Notes under the pieces: model-generated | What the model was told of the DNA's origin: nothing | What the model saw: only the letters and a program-made list of their open reading frames with translations | Databases searched by the model: none | Shown here: positions 43,745 to 55,600 of the stretch, in pieces | Layout: each line of letters begins with the position of its first letter | Numbering within the stretch: the stretch's first letter is position 1 | Assembly (NCBI RefSeq): GCF_011745625.1 | Contig: NW_027191458.1 | Location: forward strand, 558,001-622,000 | Length of the DNA stretch: 64,000 bases | Source: Cladosporium halotolerans | Lineage: Eukaryota | Direction of reading: 5' to 3' | Position numbers and translations under genes: made by a program

Positions 43745-46700
43745 CTACAGCTGCTCAATGCCAGCAACCAGCTGTTCCAACTTTGCAAACTCTCCGTCCT
43801 TCATCACGCCTCCTGCCACCTTCGAAAGGAATCCCAGCTTCCTTCTCCCTTCCTCCAGCTCCATCTTCGCGCTCTGGTCGGCAGCCGTGTCCAGCAAAGC
43901 CTTGGGCAGACCAGCAAGCTTTGCCACATTCAAACCATAGCTGCGGTGCGCAACGCCCTCGCCAACCTCATACAAGAACGTGACATCCCCCGAGCCATCC
44001 TCGTTCTTCTCCTCGTTAAACCGCATGTGCACGTTCTTCAGCTCGCCACTGAACTGCTCCGCCATCCGCGCCATAGCCTGATAATGCGTGATGAACAGCG
44101 TCAGACTCCTGAGCTTCGAGACAACATGCCCCAGCACCGCCTGCGCAATAGCGACACCGTCGTGCGTCGACGTGCCGCGGCCCAGCTCGTCGAGGATAAC
44201 CAGGCTTCGCGGCGTCGCTTGCTTGAGAATATCGCTCGTCTCAGACAGCTCGACCATGAACGTGCTCTCGCCCTTCATCATGTTGTCGAAGGCGCCCATG
44301 CGCGTGAAGACGGCGTCGAGCAGGCCCAGGCGGACGGCGTCGGCGGGCACGTACGAACCGATCTGCGCCATGATGGCAATCAGGGCGACGGAGCGAACGT
44401 ACGAGGACTTGCCGCCCATGTTGGGGCCGGTGATGAGCAGCGCGCGGGTCTGCGCGGAGGAGAGGTGCACGTCGTTGGGCACGAAAGCGTCCAGCAGCAG
44501 CTGCTCGACCATGGGGTGGCGGCCGGCAGTGATGTCGATGCCGGTTTCGTCAGTGAACTCTGGCTTGCAGTAGCCGGGTTGGGTTGCTATGTCGGCGAGC
44601 GAGAGCAGGCAGTCGAGCGTGGCGAGCGACTGGACGCAGTCGCGGAAGGCCTGGTACTTTGAGCTGATCTCACCGAGCAGATCGGAGAAAGCTGCGTCGC
44701 AAGCGTTTGCGAGAGCCTCTTTGTGCTGGTCTCGCTCGCGGATGAAGCGGACGACCTCCGGGGCGTGATATCTGGACACCTTCTTGGTTCCACTAATCTT
44801 CACCCACGAGGCGGGGACATTCTTCAGCTGCGTATTGTCGAGCTCGATCAAGTAGTCGATTCCTGCGACGGTGACATACTCGACCTTCTTCCGTTTGAGC
44901 TTTTCGGCAGCGACAGCCTTGAATTCGTTCAAGTCTTGCTCAACCATCAGGATGCCAACTTTGTGGTCTTTGATATCGTCGGTCTCGCTGCCTTCGCAGA
45001 AGAAGTTGTATTTGTCGTCGTCTTTGGCATTTTGCGTGCTGATTCGCTCGAGGTACTCTACCACGTCGTCGCCGATCCTAGGCAGAGCAGCAACTGCCTC
45101 GCTGATCAGGGTGGACTTGAAGCCAGACTCTGCGGGTGATGAGACGTGAGCAAATTCCTGCGCAATCACCTGCAGAGTCTGCAGTACTGAGAGAAGCTCA
45201 GGACGGCTACATTTCTTGTAGTAGATTCGAATCAAGGACTTCTCCAGATCACCTCTTGTCTTGCCGAGAAGAGTCTTGATGCGATCAACAGCCATTGTTG
45301 CCTCGCCGTCTTTCAGCTCTTCGACTGCATCCACACGCTCATTGAGCCGAGCGCGATCTAAAAGAGGCCGGCCAACCCACTTGCGAAGAAGTCGCTGACC
45401 GAACCTAGTCTGCGTACGATCCAGTGCCCAGAACAAGCTGCCACGCTCCGTGTGATCGGTCTGGTTCAAGTAGACTTCCAAACTGTTAAGGGTGTTGCCA
45501 TTGAGTAGCATGTGAGATCTAGCGCTGAATGACTGGAAGTATTTTGTCAAATCGAAGACGTGTTCCAGACCGTATTCTTGCAAGTGATTGATCATGGCGG
45601 ATAGACATATCGTGGCATTCTCCGACAGCTTGTGAACCTTGTCCAGCAGTGTTCCTGTCTCCTGCGATGATTCGACTTGCGAGGAGGCCGGGTCGTCTGC
45701 AGACATCTTGTCTGCGTAGAATTTGGTTATGTGGCTGAATGACTGCGCAGCCATGGTTTTGGGTTTGCCGATACGCTCGACGCGAGCATTGTCGCCAAAT
45801 ATGTTGGTCTTTGACCCTGAAAGATGCTTGACGAGCTTGTCTGTCGCCTTGGAGACCTCACCAACGATGAGAAACTCGCAAGGCGCTATGTGCAGAAGTC
45901 TCGTCTCCAGCTCGCTCCGCATCCAACCATCTTCGAAGTCATCGTAGATGATATCTCCAGTTTGAGGTTGCACAGCGACCAGCCCAATTTGGACTTTCTC
46001 GTCCGTTCCCCAGCCTTTTGGAGAGGTCTCAGTCAGACAAAGTAGATGGCCTGTTGCAGGTGCATTGCCGCCGGATTCGGAGACCGAAGGTTCCAGGCTC
46101 TCTTGATCGTCAATATAGGTACCTTTCGTGTACAGATTTGTCAATCCACGCTCGAAGGCTTTGCTGCGGTTATCACCTGCAGCTTTGAGTGCGGCAGTCT
46201 CCAATTGTCGTACAACGCCGACTTTGTGTCCAGCAGATACCAGTCGCTTGACATGGACATGTAAACGGTGGACAGGAACACTGGCAGAAGCAAAGCGATC
46301 TATGTGTGCTTCGGAGGGATGTTCATCGAACCTGAATTTTCCGGGAATGCAGACGATAGAGAGCTCTTTTGCCGCGGCACGGGCATCCTCGCCAAAGAAA
46401 CGGAACTTGTATCCAACTTCTACAATGAGTAGAGTGTCCGGGTGCTTTTGCTTGATCGCAAGCACCTGCTTCTCCAACGGAGTGAGCTTGTCTTTTCCCT
46501 TCTTTGCTGCTGGTGCTTTCCGGCCCTTCGCCTTCGGAGCAGACTCAGGTTCTTCTTCTGGATCCTCCTCTTGTTCGCCTTCCTCACCTTCTGCGGTCTC
46601 CTCAGTAATGTGACGGTTCCTCCTTTTGATCTCAGCGATGCTGTCTGGTCTTCCTAGCTTCTTCTTGAACTTCTCGTGCAGCCGCGCTTTGAGTTTCCGG

Positions 46701-47221
46701 GTGTCCTCGTCATCTTCAACTTGATCGGCTTCCTCCTTGGGTGGCACTGCTGGGGAGCTTGAGAATAGGTATTTCGACGTTCTCTCCGTGAGCTTTGGCT
46801 TCTTCGATCCGTCTAGGCCATTCTTCACGGGCCCCTGATCCTTTATATGCCTTTCAGCACCTGACAAAGCGTCCCCGTCCTCTTCTTCCAGGATGTGCCG
46901 CAGCTTTTTTGGGTCTGGCAATCCATCATCTCCTTCCGCATCATCTACCTCTTCCAATGCTCGCTTCACACCCTGTGACGACCTGCGTCTGCCGTTTGAA
47001 GGTGGCTTCTCATCGCTAACAAAGAGCTCATTGCTGTCGTCTTCGGTGACCTTGCCTAAAGAGTCTGCATTGAGTGTCGAGGGTTTGCTCCGTTCTAACG
47101 GCTTGGGCTTTGGTTGAACGGGTGCTGAGGGTTTGGCAGAGAAGAAGCTGGATATCGACTTTTGCTTTTTCTCCGACGATTGCTGTGAGCTGGGTATTGG
47201 AGGCGAGCGTGCCGAGCCCAT
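43745..47221 (-). CDS. MSH3: DNA mismatch repair protein Msh3 (MutS beta)
   Basis: PIP box [22 protein letters not shown] (Msh3-type Lys); [11 protein letters not shown]alker [30 protein letters not shown]. Confidence 0.96.
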   Translation of the reverse strand: MGSARSPPIPSSQQSSEKKQKSISSFFSAKPSAPVQPKPKPLERSKPSTLNADSLGKVTEDDSNELFVSDEKPPSNGRRRSSQGVKRALEEVDDAEGDDGLPDPKKLRHILEEEDGDALSGAERHIKDQGPVKNGLDGSKKPKLTERTSKYLFSSSPAVPPKEEADQVEDDEDTRKLKARLHEKFKKKLGRPDSIAEIKRRNRHITEETAEGEEGEQEEDPEEEPESAPKAKGRKAPAAKKGKDKLTPLEKQVLAIKQKHPDTLLIVEVGYKFRFFGEDARAAAKELSIVCIPGKFRFDEHPSEAHIDRFASASVPVHRLHVHVKRLVSAGHKVGVVRQLETAALKAAGDNRSKAFERGLTNLYTKGTYIDDQESLEPSVSESGGNAPATGHLLCLTETSPKGWGTDEKVQIGLVAVQPQTGDIIYDDFEDGWMRSELETRLLHIAPCEFLIVGEVSKATDKLVKHLSGSKTNIFGDNARVERIGKPKTMAAQSFSHITKFYADKMSADDPASSQVESSQETGTLLDKVHKLSENATICLSAMINHLQEYGLEHVFDLTKYFQSFSARSHMLLNGNTLNSLEVYLNQTDHTERGSLFWALDRTQTRFGQRLLRKWVGRPLLDRARLNERVDAVEELKDGEATMAVDRIKTLLGKTRGDLEKSLIRIYYKKCSRPELLSVLQTLQVIAQEFAHVSSPAESGFKSTLISEAVAALPRIGDDVVEYLERISTQNAKDDDKYNFFCEGSETDDIKDHKVGILMVEQDLNEFKAVAAEKLKRKKVEYVTVAGIDYLIELDNTQLKNVPASWVKISGTKKVSRYHAPEVVRFIRERDQHKEALANACDAAFSDLLGEISSKYQAFRDCVQSLATLDCLLSLADIATQPGYCKPEFTDETGIDITAGRHPMVEQLLLDAFVPNDVHLSSAQTRALLITGPNMGGKSSYVRSVALIAIMAQIGSYVPADAVRLGLLDAVFTRMGAFDNMMKGESTFMVELSETSDILKQATPRSLVILDELGRGTSTHDGVAIAQAVLGHVVSKLRSLTLFITHYQAMARMAEQFSGELKNVHMRFNEEKNEDGSGDVTFLYEVGEGVAHRSYGLNVAKLAGLPKALLDTAADQSAKMELEEGRRKLGFLSKVAGGVMKDGEFAKLEQLVAGIEQL

Positions 47222-47312
47222 CGTTATCGCCCCCGAAAGTTGTCGAGGTGGTTGCTCAATGTTTCATGATTTCACGTGCCTTACACGAAGCACTGAAGCG
47301 CGGACGTCATGG

Positions 47313-47384
47313 ACGCGCCGCGCTGGAACGCGACAAACGCGAAGCTTCGCCGAATTGAGTGCACCCTCTCATGACTTCGCGCGA
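47313..47384. promoter_or_regulatory. MCB/SCB-like element cluster upstream of MSH3
   Basis: ACGCG at 47313, 47328 and 47337, plus TTCGCGCGAA near 47376. Confidence 0.5.
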
Positions 47385-47643
47385 ATCACCACTCTAGACT
47401 TCACGCCACAGGACGTTATCAGGACGTGGTGAGATGCTCACGCCATGCAACCCCCTCCGCTTGTCAGCTCAAGGTCTGGATCGTGAACGCTTGTAGGGGC
47501 AATATAATAACAATGCACGAGCGGCGTCTTGACTGCAGCGCATCCCAGAAGCTGCCCATGGCCCTTCTGCGCCGCGGACAAGAGTCTCCTTCACGTATTG
47601 ATTGTATTGTCCAAAATTCGCAAACATGCCTACACAGCACACC

Positions 47644-48533
47644 ATGGGCTCGTGCTGCCTTTCCGGCGCCATTGCCACTGGCACTACTACAGGCACGGAG
47701 CGCGAAATCGCTGGCCTGCCGACCTATGTAGCCGAACCCTCTGACAAGTCCAAAGCAAAAACAATCATTTTCCTTCCAGACGGTGCGCTTGCCACGATCC
47801 ACTGTTGATATGTACAGGCTAATCAATGGCAAAAGCCTTCGGTTGGAAACTCAACAACATCCGTCTCCTCGCCGACAAGTACGCTGAAGCAGGCTTCACA
47901 GCCTACGTCCCAGACGTTCACAACGGCGACAGCCTGTCGCCTTCGTTGTTGACCTCCGTCGAGCCTACGTTGCCCGCCAAAGAGCAAATGTCTTTCTTGG
48001 CCAAGACTCTCGCAACTCTCCGAGCAGGCGCATCCTTAGGCCCTTGGCTTCTGCGTCACCGAGAAGCGGTCGCGAGGCCTGTCATTGAAGCTTACATCAC
48101 CAACGTAAGGACCATTCCGGGAACTGAAAAGGTCGGCGTTCTCGGGTTCTGCTGGGGTGGGAGATATGCGATCCTGGCCGCGCAGAAGCCATTCTCTGGT
48201 CAAAATGGAAAGGGCGTCGATGCCGCTTACACGGCTCATCCGTCTCTGTGCGCAATCCCTGGTGATTTTGAAGAAGTATCTGTACCTTTATCAGTCGCCT
48301 TGGGGGAGAAGGATTCGTATCTCGGTGAGAGTGATGTCAACAAGATAAGGGAAATTATGCGAAAGAAGCTTGAGGGAGAGCAGGGAGTCAAGTGTGATGG
48401 TGAGGTTGTGGTCTACAAGGACCAGGTTCATGGCTTTGCCCTTCGCGGCGATCAAGAGAACGAAAAGGATAAGAAGGCACTGGACGATGCCGCTCAGCAG
48501 GGAATCGATTGGTTTAAGAAGTTCTTGGCGTAA
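47644..48533 (+). CDS. Dienelactone hydrolase family alpha/beta hydrolase; 1 intron
   Basis: MGSCCLSG, IFLPD/AFGW junction, nucleophile GFCWGG, AHPS, QVHGFALRG. Confidence 0.9.
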
Positions 48534-48884
48534 TGGGTGGCGTGAAGGGTGGCGTGGTTTGTTAACGTGTTCTCAGAGACTGCAGACTCTACTTTTGCTT
48601 ACGAGGTCTGGATTTACGATGGTAACATCTCTTGGAAAGCTTATGACCTGTGCAACTTCAATTTCATTGTGTCCCCGACACAAACTACGTAAAAAAGTAC
48701 CCAAAATTGGCAAAATAAAGCATAACGGAAAGGACTGACAACCATCGATCGCAATTGCAAACTCCCCAAGCATTGCTCAAGCAAAGAACTTCAAAATAGC
48801 ACACTCGTACGCTCATTGATGTTCTCTGACCGTACTCGAAGGCTGTGAAGCCTGGGCGCGTACAGTCTAATAGCTTTACCATCT

Positions 48885-49804
48885 TCAATTGTCCGGATGG
48901 AAAACAGCGAGCGGGGTGTTACCGATGTACGAAGGTCCAGGGCCAGCGGGAATGGCATAGAATGCCTTGGTGGATTCAGCGTCAAGGGCAGTGATCATCG
49001 GCGGCTCTGGCCTGTACTCCATGACAGAGAGGGGATCGCGTGGACCAAATTTGGTTGCTCCGCTATTCTGCTCTCTTTCCGGAGCAAACTCGTGCCTGAG
49101 ACCGAGCACATGGCCGAGCTCATGGAGGAAATACCTCCACATGTTCGGCTTGAGATCCGGATCGAAAGCTCGCTTGTAGACGATCATGTCGTTGAGATCG
49201 CGGTTGTTGGGGAAGAAGGCGCGAGCAACGAGACCCCCTTGGTTTCCGCCGTAGCTAAGGACGAACGCAGCATCCTCTAGCTTGCCGACCTGAAGATTGG
49301 TTGTCAATACGTTCCGGAGAGTCACCCAATTGTCAACAAACGTACCCATCTGAACGTGACGCCAACGTTGATGCGGTTCCAATACAGCGCTGCACGATTC
49401 AGCTGCTGCGCCGCATATACGGCGTCTGCATCTGTCGGATAACCTCGAGCGTATGCCGCGAAGTTGATCACGCTGCCCTTGTGCCAGCGAGGAATAGACC
49501 CGAGCAGCCCGACAATGATACCCAAATCATCACTCTTGGTTGGCAGGTTCGAATCGGACACATTGCCTGGAGTTACACCCTGCGTCGCGCAGATTGGCGG
49601 AGTGGTTATGTTGAAGCTTGACTCCGTGACAGGTCTGCCCTCGTCTTCCACGCTCTCGCTTTCGGTGGGTTGGAGAACCTCGACTTCTCTGGCACCCAAG
49701 AGCTTCTCGAGAAGCTTGACAAATGTCAGCCTTCTGCTTGCCTTATCTCCATCCTTCCGATCTTTGTGCTCTTTCTGAGCCCTTTGGTCCTTGGAATCCA
49801 TCAT
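48885..49804 (-). CDS. Metzincin zinc metalloprotease (matrixin/ZnMc-like) without signal peptide; intron 49290-49345
   Basis: ARAFFP, HELGHVLGLRHE (HExxHxxGxxH) and Met-turn SVMEY. Start is the first in-frame ATG and is uncertain. Confidence 0.85.
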
Positions 49805-52452
49805 ATCATAAGGCGTACCACACCAGTTGTCAAGAATAGTATGCAAGGTATCCAGCGCGATAGGAGTCTGTGACAAGGTAGTAAAGATGTGCTTTGATGG
49901 GGAATGAGATTATGGCAAGTCGAGAAGAACGAACAACCTTTATAGCATGTTGGTACGGTTGCTTGTACAATGCTCCTCGTCTCCGTCTTCGTCTTCATCT
50001 TCGGGAAAACGTGTGATGATCGTTCGACAAGATGATAATCGCGTGACATTATGTGGTATCTTGCTCAATGGTTCCAGACACACCGGTCTAGAGTGGGCCT
50101 TCAGCTCAACTCTTCTCAGTGGCACTTGAGAGCAACCAGTAGGCTTCATGAGATTGATTCACGCAAGCCGCTCCCTGCTCCACATTCCGTAATACCGTAT
50201 CAGCCCTCGCACACATTAGCTGATTGTCAGACCTCCGGGAGACATCACACTATACGGGACTGCAACATTGAGTGTAGAGTGCGTTCGATTTGATCCAACC
50301 TTGCATGAGGGCTGAACTCGTGGGTTAGGATGCTGACCTCAGATACCAGGGGAACGTACTTGCCACCACAGGCATTCTGCAAAGGTCCCTGTCTGAGAAA
50401 ATGTTTGGCGACAGAAAATATTCAATACTTACCTGATGAGAGAGGAGGAGCTCCAACCAAGTCTCACTAGATAGAACAAGAGTTTTCTAGAGGAGCATAT
50501 ACGCCGAAGTATAGGGAGTCTGGCAGCGTTCAAGGTGATGATTCGATTGCTTCTCATCGTCCCCGTGGGACAGATGAGATGTCCTCCAATCACGGCATCA
50601 TGGGCTTCAGCCGGAGAATCTGTTGGTAACTAAGTCGAGGCGCAAGCGTCACGCGTCGCAATCTTCTGCCAATACCTCTCCTTCGGTGTCTTTGCGTCGT
50701 CTGATCCGTACATGCTGCCAAGCTGCTGAAGCGACTAGGAAATCAAATGGGGGCGTGCTTCTATAGGTGGCTTCTGTGGTTCGTGGAGGCAAATGCCCCG
50801 TGGTGAGACATCAAGATTCAGTGCTTTGGTCTGCAGGGGGTCATTTGCAAACGATGCAAAGGCCCGAAAAATCATCAGGGTGATATCTTACGCTTCAGCC
50901 TTTCCACACAAGGTGCTAAGAATCGACGGCAAATAGGAAAGAATGATCAGTATTCTGTGATCGAGCTGTTTCCATACCCCCGCTCTCCCAGGAGTGTGGG
51001 GCAGTAGTATGTACCATCATGCATCGTGGCTTCTATCTGCAGTATACCTGCAGCCTTTATGCCGCTGTAGCAACATGATCAGCTGAGAGAAGAGGGGTCG
51101 TTCTCTTACACGCAGGATCTGTCCAGGCCTTGCGCACGTTCGCTCAGCCTGGCCTGACCTTTTTCCCACTCAGTCATGCTGCCGTCAATCGCAGACCTGA
51201 GTCGTTCATATCGCTAAGGTAAGGGTATTACCAGATCAATCGATGTCAAAAAGTTGCATACCGGTGAATGCTGGAACAGTCCCCTCAGGTAGGCTGATGG
51301 ATGGTGAGGGACACGGATATTCCGATGTCGTTGATGGCTGCCAACTGCCACCAACAAGTCAAGCTACCACGTGTAGCGAGTCTCGATTCTCTTGGCCGTT
51401 TATGAAGTGATCATCTCGTATCCATCCCCGTAGAATTGCGTCGAGCGAACCTTATCATGTTAGTAGGCGAGGCTTGAGTCAAGTGTGGCACTGTTGCTTC
51501 GAACCGCCGCCTGCCCTAGAGATCCTTCGTCCGGCACAGCCACCAATGTGCCGCGAAAACTTTCCTCCACAACTCAAACGACTCGGATGTAGAGTCTTCC
51601 GTGTTCGGGTCGGCTATCTGATCCTCATGGCGGCTTCGGGCCCGTCGATCATGCCGTTTCTCCACATCGCCCTGAGAACCTCACCTCCACCTTCGCCTTG
51701 GAAACATTAGATATCGTTTCTCGGGAGACAGGCATTCGTAACACAAGAACAGTAAGTCGATACGAATGGGACTGTATACAACTATTTGATGTTTGCAGCT
51801 GCAGGTGCCATACGAACAACGCACACCGACAACAGAAGAACCTGCTATCTTCGTACGCCATCGAAAGGCATCTCCACGCGACCATTGAGTTGTGTTAGGG
51901 GCACAGTTTAACTTTAGCAGATTAAGATCGATCGGCACCCTCATGGCGAGAAGCATCAATTGGCCCCGTGTGGGAACCACATGGTATCCCTTGGCCGAAG
52001 TCATTTGAGCACACGGTTCCACATGGCCGAAGAACTTTGTGAGAGGGCACAGAGAGACTTCATCAAAGGATCCGAATGGTGCAGCTGAGGTCTTACTGAT
52101 TGAGGCGTTCCAGATGAAGCTCAGCCCATCAAGGTCGGCTCAAGACGGAACGATCGGACACTAAGATCCTTCACTCGCCTATTTGCACAGAACAAGGAAA
52201 TGATCGCAGGCCGCGGAGCAATAATGTCAAGGCTATGATGAGTCCAACCAGTTCTGAGCACACGATTGACTGATTTCCGGATTGTGGGACGTTCAACTCC
52301 GCTCACGAGCAAGCCTGATGAAGAGGAGATGCTCTTGGTCGTCTCGGATGGCTCGCAAGCTATAAGTAGATGCCTTCCACCACAGTTGAACAGAGCAGAC
52401 TCAAAAATATCACAGAACTTCCATCTCATCTAAACATTCAAAGTCTTTCACC

Positions 52453-53310
52453 ATGCATCACCTAACAACCATTGCACTCTTCGCGAGCCTCAGTAACGCT
52501 CTGGCAGTTAACAAAGAGGCCACGACAACCATTTCCCACGGCCGCCAGACCAGTCAGGAATCTCTCGACCGCTGCGAGGCTGCCGCCAATTGCGAAATTT
52601 ATGATGACGACTTCTGGGGCAAGGCTATTCGCTTCAAGGAGGGCATGGGTCCTGGTACCGAAGCACACAAGTTAATGAAAGCTAGGAGCGCGGTACAGCG
52701 CGACAGCACCGAAGAAGATCTGGTTTACAAGCGCGATGGCGCGCACTCTATTGCTACCACTAGCGACACTTCTATCAATTTCGGGTCGACAGGTGCCTCA
52801 GGTACATACGGTCTGTTCCACAAGCTCTACGACGTCTGCCACGAGGGTGGCTGCGAGTCGAACCCGATCTACCTTTCATCCACGTATGCAAGCGACACTA
52901 GCGAGTACCAGCAAGATCTTGCTTTATACGCTCGTGGGAGCTACGACGGCTGGGACCAGAGGACCGTCTTCATCGAAGCCATCAAAGCCGTTGCCGGCAC
53001 GAACGAACAGTGCGAGGACAAGACCTGGTATGCGGTCACTGGCGGCGGCCAGGTTGGCGGCGCTGTCATCGATGGAACTGTCCGCGAGTGCCGACAGACC
53101 TATTACATCCAGGTGGATAGGTGGGAAAGTGATGGAGGCTACGGCGGTGGCATTTCGGCAACCGCTCAGGAAGTCCAGAATGAGAACGGATGGTGTCAAT
53201 TCCTGAACATCGTTAGTCAGGCTGCTAGCATCCTGGGCGCGGTCCCTGGCTCGGGTTACATCAGCAGTGGCGCAGACTTCTTTGGTGCCATCACGGGCAG
53301 CGGCTGCTAA
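52453..53310 (+). CDS. Secreted Cys-containing protein of unknown function (prepro architecture)
   Basis: Signal peptide MHHLTTIALFASLSNALA, dibasic VYKR site, 8 Cys, Gly-rich hydrophobic C-terminus; TATAA near 52361. Confidence 0.8.
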   Translation: MHHLTTIALFASLSNALAVNKEATTTISHGRQTSQESLDRCEAAANCEIYDDDFWGKAIRFKEGMGPGTEAHKLMKARSAVQRDSTEEDLVYKRDGAHSIATTSDTSINFGSTGASGTYGLFHKLYDVCHEGGCESNPIYLSSTYASDTSEYQQDLALYARGSYDGWDQRTVFIEAIKAVAGTNEQCEDKTWYAVTGGGQVGGAVIDGTVRECRQTYYIQVDRWESDGGYGGGISATAQEVQNENGWCQFLNIVSQAASILGAVPGSGYISSGADFFGAITGSGC

Positions 53311-54324
53311 GCGACGTTGACAATAACCATCGTATCGAAAACATGAGTGTGAGGTCGCAGGATAGAACTTCTGTACGACACTTTCGTCCTGAGTCAAAGG
53401 AATTCACAAGAAGGTCTACTTCGTTTAGAAAATTCTGCGGTCATCGAGGCTCGAGTAATTCGTTGCCATCACTTCCCTTGAACAATTGCGTGCAGCGTGC
53501 TTCTTCAGTGTGCGGAACGCAAGAGCTTCATCTCGTTGGTGCCATCGCAACGCTCTTTTTAATGCCGATTCCTTTCGCCACCATCCTGGGATTTGGTGGG
53601 CTCTGCAACCAGGATTGAGCGTTCTAACTCCAGGCTTGATGTCTCAATACCATCTTCGGAACCATTGTTCGTCTCAATGTCAAAACTTTTCAACTTCCAC
53701 CTTGAATATATCATGCTGCTCAGCCCGAACATCTGTGATGATGAAACGTCTTTGCAATGATTACACAACCTGATCTAATGCCTAGTCTGAAGTGCCAAGA
53801 TGTTAGGGGGCATACGTTTTCTAGGCATGGTAGCTGGCAAGTGTGTTGATTACCGATTCATCAAGTGATTGAGCGTCTCGTTACAAAAGATCATGCATGG
53901 TCGGTTCGGATAATGGATTGCGTTGCGGGAATTGGCAATCAACAGCGGGCTCAACGGCAACCGAAGCAGACATATCACATGCAATTTGTTGAGGTGTCGT
54001 CACCCCATCAGCGACCGTATGGCAGCATCAAGGGCCGCGAAAGTGCTCGAAATGAGGATAGCTTATCTCTTCATCACTCGTACAGATGATAGCTGTTGTG
54101 GGGCTCATGGAGCCGTAACCGATCAGTCGCCTTCTGGGCAAGAGTATAATGTTAACAATTCAGCTTCGGATACGAACGAGAGAAGAGGCGTCTTTAAGAG
54201 TAGACAGATGATGCTCCTGGCTTATAATCGACACGGGCCACCCATTTGAGAATTCATCGATCGATTGCTAGTGCCATTCTTGCTCTTTTTCGACTATATT
54301 CATGCGGGTACCTCATATCAAGCC

Positions 54325-55600
54325 TCAATTATGGATCTTGGCGTGCAAGCCCGGAATGATTTCTAGCTCTTTCTCGCCGTACTGGTACTTCTGTCCGTCA
54401 ATTCTGGGCGCTTTTGTGCGACGCTGCTGTTGGGACTGGCGTGCTTTCACCCATTGCTCCATGGTCAGGTGTTGACCGAGGCGTGTCAAGTCGTTTTCCT
54501 CAAGACCAAGGCGCTTCAGAAGCGGGCTGTTACTAATGGGATCAAGCACAACATGGTTGTTGGGTCTGTCATCGTCAGAAATTGGTGCTTCACGAAAATT
54601 TGAGGATGGGATCTTACCTGGCGAAGAAGAGCACCCCAAGGCGATCAATATGGGCCTGGTCGTCAGGTGGAGTATGCACACGATGGACGCTTGATTTGAA
54701 ATAGCCGCCCGTCAAAGCTTGCAGAGCATCACAGATGTTGATTGTAATTGTCTCATCCTGCGGCTTCACCCACTTCCACTGTTGCTCTGAGTTCAGAATT
54801 TGCAACGCGGCGACGGGTTGCCTGAAGAGAAGTGTAACGCTGCCAAGATCCGTGTGGCCTGGCGAATAGAGCTCACCAACTTGTTTGTTTAGTTCTGGAG
54901 AGCGAGCAGCGTAGTGCATGTAGCGGAGGTGGTCCTCGCCCTTGACATCGTACTGATGGTCTCTGACGAGTTGATCTTCATCCTCGAGCTCGAGGATAAT
55001 TGCAAACAGCCGTAGCAGTTTGACCACTACGAGTTCGTGGCATTTCCTGCTGAAGCCTTCGATCTCTTTGATGTGATCTTGAAGGACAGGAGGCTGGGCG
55101 CGCTCATGGTAGCCATCAAATTTGGGTATATTGTATACTTGCACATTGTCTTTGATGGTTTCAGTGAGCCTGATACGTTAGCCAGTGTATCTTTCACGAT
55201 GATCGAGAAAATCCACACTTACTGCCTAAGGCCAGCAGGGCGGTACCCATTGTACTCGCCGTTCTCCAAGTCCTGGAGGTTGTGATATTCCAATTTCTCC
55301 TCCAGCGGCAGGTCATAGAATTCGCGACCCAAGGCAAATTGTCGATCGACTTCCTCTTGGCTGATGCCAAAGTTTTTGACATAGAAGAATCCAACGTGTT
55401 GAGCCGCATACGTGAGCTGTTTTGCGAGTTCTACCTTGCCACCGGGCTTTTCGAAGAGACCCAGGTCGAGGGTGACAAGCTCTGCCCAATCAACTAGCAG
55501 GTCATGTCAGGAGAACATCGGTAAATTCAGAAGCGATCGGCTTACGATCAGCTTTGGTCTCTTGGACCTGCTCGTATGGGGACAGAATGGCTCCCGGCAT
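54325..55600 (-). CDS. 2-oxoglutarate/Fe(II) dioxygenase (DIOX_N + 2OG-FeII_Oxy); 3 introns
   Basis: LDWAELVTLDL, VGFFYVKNFG, GHTDLGSVTLLFRQPVAALQ, SSVHRV, RLGVLFFARP. Confidence 0.9.
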
